NCBI GenBank assembly: GCA_018920345.1
Contig: JAHLMN010000006.1
Location: 8,817-72,816, forward strand
Reading direction: 5' to 3'
Length of the DNA: 64,000 nucleotides
DNA from: Candidatus Aenigmatarchaeota archaeon
Lineage (GTDB): Archaea > Aenigmatarchaeota > Aenigmatarchaeia > CG10238-14
Every line of letters starts with the position of its first letter. The first letter of the stretch is position 1. Shown one piece after another: positions 58,819 through 64,000 of this stretch. The position numbers and the translations under genes are program-made. The notes under the pieces are model-generated. The model saw only the letters and a list, made by a program, of their open reading frames with translations, was not told the origin of the DNA and ran no database searches.

Positions 58819-59334
58819 AGATTCTACAACTATTTTGCAAGGAGTAGGTAATTTTGTTGAAGATCTTCTCAAAGCTTCTTTTGCAATCTCTACCTGGTCT
58901 TTATTAACCTTTATTAGCATTAAAGTCTCGCCTGAATAGATTATAACAGCTCTACCTTTTGGTCTCCCGAAAGCCTTTCTCATACCCATAGAAAACCTAT
59001 CTGCGCCAGCACCTGTAGCAAGTGAGTGCTCTCTTAAGATTTGGTGTGGATATTTTAAAATTTTCATGAAAAACCCTTCCTTTCCTAAAGTTTTTTCTAT
59101 ATATTTGTTGGCTACAATTCTTGCAGCTTCCAAAGCATTTTCTCTTATTTGAACAGAATTTTCTACTTTCAAGAGAACTTGAGTATCAAAATCTTTATCT
59201 TTGGCACCCATCTCAAAGTTATGAATTCTAGGATATGGAACACCAACTACATAACTCTTCTTAGGTTTTCTTTGAGAAACTCTAGTCCAAGGCCTTTTTA
59301 TTCTTCTTACACATCTTCCAGGTCTTAATGCCAT
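58810..59334 (-). CDS. rpl10e: 50S ribosomal protein L10e/L16
   Basis: RPGRC, NALEAAR, YPHQILREH, GAGADR..GMRKAFG. Confidence 0.96.
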   Translation of the reverse strand: MALRPGRCVRRIKRPWTRVSQRKPKKSYVVGVPYPRIHNFEMGAKDKDFDTQVLLKVENSVQIRENALEAARIVANKYIEKTLGKEGFFMKILKYPHQILREHSLATGAGADRFSMGMRKAFGRPKGRAVIIYSGETLMLIKVNKDQVEIAKEALRRSSTKLPTPCKIVVESLK

Positions 59335-59380
59335 AATAATCTCCTTAGTAATTAATAATTATAATTTTTAAATGTTATAC

Positions 59381-59707
59381 TTAACTTAATTTGGCACCAT
59401 TTTTTATTTCTTTTTCAGGGCATATCAGGCAAAGATGTTCGCCATCACTAGCGGCCAATATCATGCCTTCTGAAACTTCTCCCATAATTTTTGCAGGCTC
59501 TAAGTTTGTTATAAATATAAATTGTTTACCTTCGAGATCTTCAGGTTTATAATAATTTTTTATACCTGATACTATTTGTCTCTTTTCTTCTCCAAAATCA
59601 ACTATTAGTTTATAAAGTTTTTTAGAGTCTTTTATATCCTCTACTTTCTCTACTTTCCCTACTCTTAATTCAATTTTTTTAAATTCCTCTAAAGATATCA
59701 TAATCAA
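59381..59707 (-). CDS. stand-alone tRNA-binding OB-fold protein (MetRS C-terminal/Trbp111-like)
   Basis: ELRVGKV, KLYKL, RQIVSGI, NLEPAKIMGEVSEGMILA. Confidence 0.9.
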   Translation of the reverse strand: MIMISLEEFKKIELRVGKVEKVEDIKDSKKLYKLIVDFGEEKRQIVSGIKNYYKPEDLEGKQFIFITNLEPAKIMGEVSEGMILAASDGEHLCLICPEKEIKNGAKLS

Positions 59708-59735
59708 TTAATTATACAAAAATTATTTAAATTGT

Positions 59736-60254
59736 TCATGGTTTATGTACACATGCCTCATAAGGACCTTTTGTTATCCTATATCCTCTTTTGGTAACAG
59801 GCCAAGAATAAGGACCATTACCATCGTTATGCAATATATCTAATCTTGTAATATTATTTTCTTCAATAATTTGACCGCCTCTATCTATACATTCAAATTT
59901 ACTTTTGGTTCCATCAGGGAAAGTAATCTCAAAAACAGTTCCAAAATTGTAATTTTGAGGACAAGCAACACCAGCATCTTCCCCATTCCACCAATAACTA
60001 CTTATAGGATTATTTTTATCATCTAATATCCTTTTTCCAGATGCAGTATATCTACAGTCATCATCACAATTTATACCACCCCTTAAAGGGTTGTAATATG
60101 AAAAAACCACGGTTCTTTTTTCACATTTTTCAACTGTAGGAGTTGGATAATTTTGTATTTCCCTTGATGATGTTGGTTGAAAAAAAATGTTCATAAAATA
60201 AAGTGAAGATAAAGCTAAAAATGTCATCAACAAAGATTTTCTAAAGATTTTCAT
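59736..60254 (-). CDS. exported 3D-domain-like protein
   Basis: Signal/TM; SYY, TASG, VACP..FGT, DRGGQI, RLDI. Confidence 0.7.
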   Translation of the reverse strand: MKIFRKSLLMTFLALSSLYFMNIFFQPTSSREIQNYPTPTVEKCEKRTVVFSYYNPLRGGINCDDDCRYTASGKRILDDKNNPISSYWWNGEDAGVACPQNYNFGTVFEITFPDGTKSKFECIDRGGQIIEENNITRLDILHNDGNGPYSWPVTKRGYRITKGPYEACVHKP

Positions 60255-60279
60255 GAATTTCTTTAAAATATAAATTTTT

Positions 60280-61785
60280 TTAAACTTTACCTAAAAATTT
60301 GAATAACATAGATGATGATATTTTTCCTTTAACTTGTTTTTTAAAACCTTTAAGACCGATTTCTTTAACACCCAAACATTTCAATGCCTTTTCAGCAGAG
60401 CTAGGTATGAAAGGATAAAATGCTAGACTCAAATCTTTAACAAGCTCTATTGATGTTTTTATTGTCTTTTTACATTTTTCTTTATCATTTTTGATTGTTT
60501 CCCATGGTTTTTCTTCCTGAAAATATTTGTTTAATCTATCTGAAAGATTCATTAAAACAGACAAGGCTTCATTTATCTTGTATTCTTGCATAAGACTAAT
60601 ATATCTATTTAATTCCTCGTCGAAAATTTTCTTTTCTTTTTGATCAACCTTTTCTTCTGGTACAATACTGTCAAAATTTTTTTCTATAAATGTTGTAACT
60701 CTATAAAAAAGATTGGAATATTTTGAAACAAGCTCTTTATCTACTCTTTCAATTAGAGATTTTTCTGAAAAATCACCATCATCAAAAACAGGTATTTCTC
60801 TTAATAAATAATATCTTAGTTGATCAACACCATATTTTTCAATCATTTCAAAAGGATCTATTACATTACCTAAAGTTTTACTCATCTTTTGTCCACCAGA
60901 AGTAACGTATCCGTGAACAAATATTTTTTTAGGCAATTCCAAACCAGCTGATAAAAGCATAGCAGGCCAATAAATAGCATGAAATCTTATTATTCCTTTT
61001 CCTATTACATGAACATCAGCAGGCCAATATTTTTTGAATTTTTTTTCATCTTTCCCAAAACCTAAAGCTGTTATATAATTTGCTAAAGCATCAAACCACA
61101 CATATATTATTTGAGTTTCATCTCCAGGTACAGGAATCCCCCAACCCTTCATTCTTTCAGCAGGTCTCGATATGCTAAAATCTTCAAGACCTTGTCTTAT
61201 AAAACTTAATATCTCATTTTTCCTAGCTTCAGGTAATATTTTTATTTTGTCATTTTCAATAATATCCAAGAGTTCATTTTCATATCTTGATAATTTGAAA
61301 AAATAATTTTCTTCCACAATTTTTTCTGGTTTTTTCAAATGTTCAGGACAAAGACCATCAACAAGATCTTTTTCTGTTACAAAAGCTTCACATCCTATAC
61401 AATATAAACCAGAATATTTCTTTTTGTAAATATCACCATTTTGATAACACAATTCCCATAATTTTTTGGCACCGATCCAATGTCTTTCTTTATCAGTTGT
61501 TCTGATAAAATCATCATTTGAAATGTTAAGTTTTTTTGTTAGATCAATAAACATTTGAGCATTTTTATCGACCAATTCTTTAGGAGTTACACCAATTTTT
61601 TCTGCTGCTAATGCATTCTTTTGAGCATTTTCATCTGTTCCAGTTAAGAAGAAAACATCTTTTCCTAATAATCTATTAAATCTTGCAATGACATCTGTTT
61701 GTACCAATTCTAAGGCAAAACCTATATGTGGAGCGGCATTTACATATGGTATTGCAGTTGTTATATAAAACTTTTGTTTATCCAT
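60280..61785 (-). CDS. metG: methionyl-tRNA synthetase (no C-terminal tRNA-binding domain)
   Basis: YITTAIPYVN, HIGF, YVWFDALANY, KMSKT. Confidence 0.95.
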   Translation of the reverse strand: MDKQKFYITTAIPYVNAAPHIGFALELVQTDVIARFNRLLGKDVFFLTGTDENAQKNALAAEKIGVTPKELVDKNAQMFIDLTKKLNISNDDFIRTTDKERHWIGAKKLWELCYQNGDIYKKKYSGLYCIGCEAFVTEKDLVDGLCPEHLKKPEKIVEENYFFKLSRYENELLDIIENDKIKILPEARKNEILSFIRQGLEDFSISRPAERMKGWGIPVPGDETQIIYVWFDALANYITALGFGKDEKKFKKYWPADVHVIGKGIIRFHAIYWPAMLLSAGLELPKKIFVHGYVTSGGQKMSKTLGNVIDPFEMIEKYGVDQLRYYLLREIPVFDDGDFSEKSLIERVDKELVSKYSNLFYRVTTFIEKNFDSIVPEEKVDQKEKKIFDEELNRYISLMQEYKINEALSVLMNLSDRLNKYFQEEKPWETIKNDKEKCKKTIKTSIELVKDLSLAFYPFIPSSAEKALKCLGVKEIGLKGFKKQVKGKISSSMLFKFLGKV

Positions 61786-61809
61786 GCTAAAATATCAGTT
61801 GAATAAAAT

Positions 61810-62025
61810 TTAAAATATTGTGTTATTATTTCTATATAAACCACTTCTAACTAGTCTGTAAAGGTAGTCGAATGTTTTTTGATCTCCTTTACCAAATGTA
61901 AAAAAATCAAAATAGTTTTTTGCATCTCTCAAACATTTAGGACAATTACATTTAAAACAACTTATAATTTGTTTCATTATATAATTTTCAACAACTATTT
62001 CAGCTATTTGTATTATTTCATCCAT
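61810..62025 (-). CDS. hypothetical protein with CxCxxC motif
   Basis: 71-aa ORF filling the gap. Confidence 0.5.
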   Translation of the reverse strand: MDEIIQIAEIVVENYIMKQIISCFKCNCPKCLRDAKNYFDFFTFGKGDQKTFDYLYRLVRSGLYRNNNTIF

Positions 62026-62078
62026 TTCTATAATATAAAAACAAAATTTTTTTAGTTTTTTTTAAACAAATATAGTAA

Positions 62079-62906
62079 ATGACAAAAATATATCTTGGTC
62101 CAGCAGGGAATTGTGCAACATCAAAAGATAAAACAACGATTGGTTCTTTCAACCATCTAAAAGAGATTGGATTAAATTGTCAAGAAATAGAATTTGTAAG
62201 ATCCATATATCTAAACGAAAAATCAGCTAAAGATGTAGGAGAAGCAGCAAAAAAACTTAATATAAGATTATCAATTCATGCCCCATATTTTATAAATTTG
62301 GCATCAGAAAAAAAACAAATAATTGAAAATAGTAAAAGAATGATTTTAGCCTGCGCTTCTATAGCAGATATAATAAATGCAGATGCTATAGCAATTCACT
62401 CAGGATATTATGGAAAATTTGATAAAGAAAAAACTTATGAAATGATAAAGGAGGCTTATCTAGATATATTGGATAAAATGAAACAAAAAGGAATAAAAAA
62501 TGTAAAGCTTGGCTTAGAAACAATGGGAAAAGAGAGTCAATTTGGTTCTTTAGATGAAATAATTCAAATGTGTAAAGAAGTAAAAGGTCTGGTGCCATAT
62601 GTAGATTGGGCACACATATTTGTAAGAAACAATGGTAAAATAGATTATGGAGAAATTTTTGATAAATTAGAAGTTTTAAAACTAGATCATATAAATTCAC
62701 ATTTTGAAGGAGTTCAATATAATGTAAAAACAAAAAAATTTGTAGATGTTCATGTACCTATAAATTCTCATCCACCATTTGAACCTTTAGCCAAAGAAAT
62801 CTTGAAAAGAAAAGTAAATATAACAATAATATCAGAATCACCTATATTAGAGTTAGACAGTTTAAAAATGAAAAAAATTTTAGAAGATTTAGGATACAAA
62901 TTTTGA
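62079..62906 (+). CDS. nfo: endonuclease IV family TIM-barrel protein
   Basis: SIHAPYFINL, IHSG, LETMGK..FG, DWAH, ISESP. Confidence 0.88.
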   Translation: MTKIYLGPAGNCATSKDKTTIGSFNHLKEIGLNCQEIEFVRSIYLNEKSAKDVGEAAKKLNIRLSIHAPYFINLASEKKQIIENSKRMILACASIADIINADAIAIHSGYYGKFDKEKTYEMIKEAYLDILDKMKQKGIKNVKLGLETMGKESQFGSLDEIIQMCKEVKGLVPYVDWAHIFVRNNGKIDYGEIFDKLEVLKLDHINSHFEGVQYNVKTKKFVDVHVPINSHPPFEPLAKEILKRKVNITIISESPILELDSLKMKKILEDLGYKF

Positions 62907-62929
62907 GAATGTTATACGTATAACATTTA

Positions 62930-63361
62930 CTATATATCCAAAACAACCCTTGCCTTCCATCCATTTTTTGTTTCTTCTATCTTGAATTTGTGCATTGTAA
63001 CTGCCTTTACATCAACTAATAATTCATGTTTTTCAGGGTCAATCTTTTCGCCAAAACATTCACATTTTACTTTCCATTTACCATTAATAGGCAATATTTC
63101 AATATTAAATTTGCTAAACAAAAGTTGCTCAGCGTCTTTCACTAAAACTAATTCTGAAAGGAAATTAAATAAAAGCATCTCAATATTTTCAGCTTCTTTT
63201 TCGAAATAATATCTTTCTATTGGTTTTAATTTTCTAGAATCTTTTATTTGAACATCAGTTAAAGCGTGTGCAGATGATTCAAACAATTCTTTTAATGTTT
63301 TTCCAGTAGCTTCAAATTCAACATCTGCAATAGAAACATCTTCAAAAAATTTATATGCCAT
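62930..63361 (-). CDS. archease
   Basis: ADVEFEA.G..L.ELF, DVKAVTMH, VVLDI. Confidence 0.93.
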   Translation of the reverse strand: MAYKFFEDVSIADVEFEATGKTLKELFESSAHALTDVQIKDSRKLKPIERYYFEKEAENIEMLLFNFLSELVLVKDAEQLLFSKFNIEILPINGKWKVKCECFGEKIDPEKHELLVDVKAVTMHKFKIEETKNGWKARVVLDI

Positions 63362-63385
63362 AAAGAATCACATTATATTTATGAT

Positions 63386-63706
63386 TTAGAAAGCTTTTAA
63401 TTTTTTAACAAATTTTTTGTACCATTCAAATTCATCATAATTAACTAAATGAAATTCAAATGGATTAAAAATACCAATCTTCTTCCAAATCATTGCCTTT
63501 ATCTTACTTCTTTCAGAAATTTTTTTTGGCATATTTTTTGAAACTATTAAAACATCAATATCACTTGATGGCAAATATTTACCTTCAATAAAAGAACCAA
63601 AAAGATAAAAATCAGCATCTTTTAGTTCTTTTAAACAAATTTTTTTTATATCTTTTAAACTCTTTAACCATTTATCTATATCATTATTTTTTTTCATGTT
63701 TTTCAA
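63386..63706 (-). CDS. minimal nucleotidyltransferase (MNT) antitoxin-like protein
   Basis: YLFGS..G...SDIDVLIV, FEFH. Confidence 0.9.
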   Translation of the reverse strand: MKNMKKNNDIDKWLKSLKDIKKICLKELKDADFYLFGSFIEGKYLPSSDIDVLIVSKNMPKKISERSKIKAMIWKKIGIFNPFEFHLVNYDEFEWYKKFVKKLKAF

Positions 63707-64000
63707 CCAAATTCTTTATTTTTTCAGAAAATTCTACCATTTTCTCAACTTCTTCTTTTAAAAATTCTATTGGTAAATATCTAGCACCTATATAAGCACT
63801 TTCAAGATCACCTATTATTTCTACATTACTTTTTAGAATTTTTTCAAAATCCTTTATATATTCTGAAATTTCCTTAAATAAGGATTTTAAAGAGTGTGTT
63901 TTTGGATAATCTCCTTTTTTTTGGAAAATCAAATATTTTAAAAAAAGTTGTATAGATTGCTCTAAATTGAAGGCAGCGAGATCAAACTTTCCTTCATATA
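63684..64000 (-). CDS. HEPN domain protein, 5' end outside the window
   Basis: Frame extends to edge: FDLAAFNLEQSIQLFLK..PKTHSL..YIGARY. Confidence 0.88.
   Translation of the reverse strand, partial: YEGKFDLAAFNLEQSIQLFLKYLIFQKKGDYPKTHSLKSLFKEISEYIKDFEKILKSNVEIIGDLESAYIGARYLPIEFLKEEVEKMVEFSEKIKNLVEKHEKK

Noticed and set aside
455-63209. Numerous short ORF-track entries antisense to or nested in well-supported genes (e.g. 455-670, 11600-12127, 49112-49534, 55061-55459)
   Set aside because: Shadow ORFs of real genes on the opposite strand or frame, with no motifs of their own.
1-64000. CRISPR array, IS element or prophage
   Set aside because: No regularly spaced repeats, transposase or virion genes recognised; the repeats found are short intragenic duplications.

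Overview
AT-rich, gene-dense archaeal chromosomal segment. Markers (rpl14e, rpl10e, spt5, rpoL, cbf5, hel308, nurA, archease, taw1, S-layer protein, class III-signal pilins) and the fermentative gene set (2-oxoacid:ferredoxin oxidoreductase alpha, ADP-forming acetyl-CoA synthetase alpha and beta, D-2-hydroxyacid dehydrogenase) suggest a DPANN-type archaeon, possibly Aenigmatarchaeota-like (inference). It carries mostly housekeeping genes, six tRNAs (two with introns), a short RNase P RNA, several small genes missed by the ORF track (secE, secG, Cys-rich microproteins), a decayed protease/tyrosine-recombinase remnant and a HEPN-MNT pair at the right edge. The most striking signal is the 65-nt tRNA-Ser(TGA) intron. 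It has a full C-D'-C'-D box layout; one guide is complementary to the 16S rRNA 3' end (anti-Shine-Dalgarno) and the other resembles the complement of an archaeal 23S 5' end, so it is a candidate intron-encoded rRNA-end guide or chaperone RNA. Other candidates: a 10-nt tRNA-Thr intron, a type M-like RNase P RNA, a pilin-like three-gene cluster with beta-propeller and HEXXH domains, a Kazal-Kazal-cytochrome b5 fusion, a 3D-domain (peptidoglycan-active-like) gene between the two MetRS parts, and a sod operon ending in a 17-aa CGCGCGCC peptide. All calls are by eye, with no database searches.
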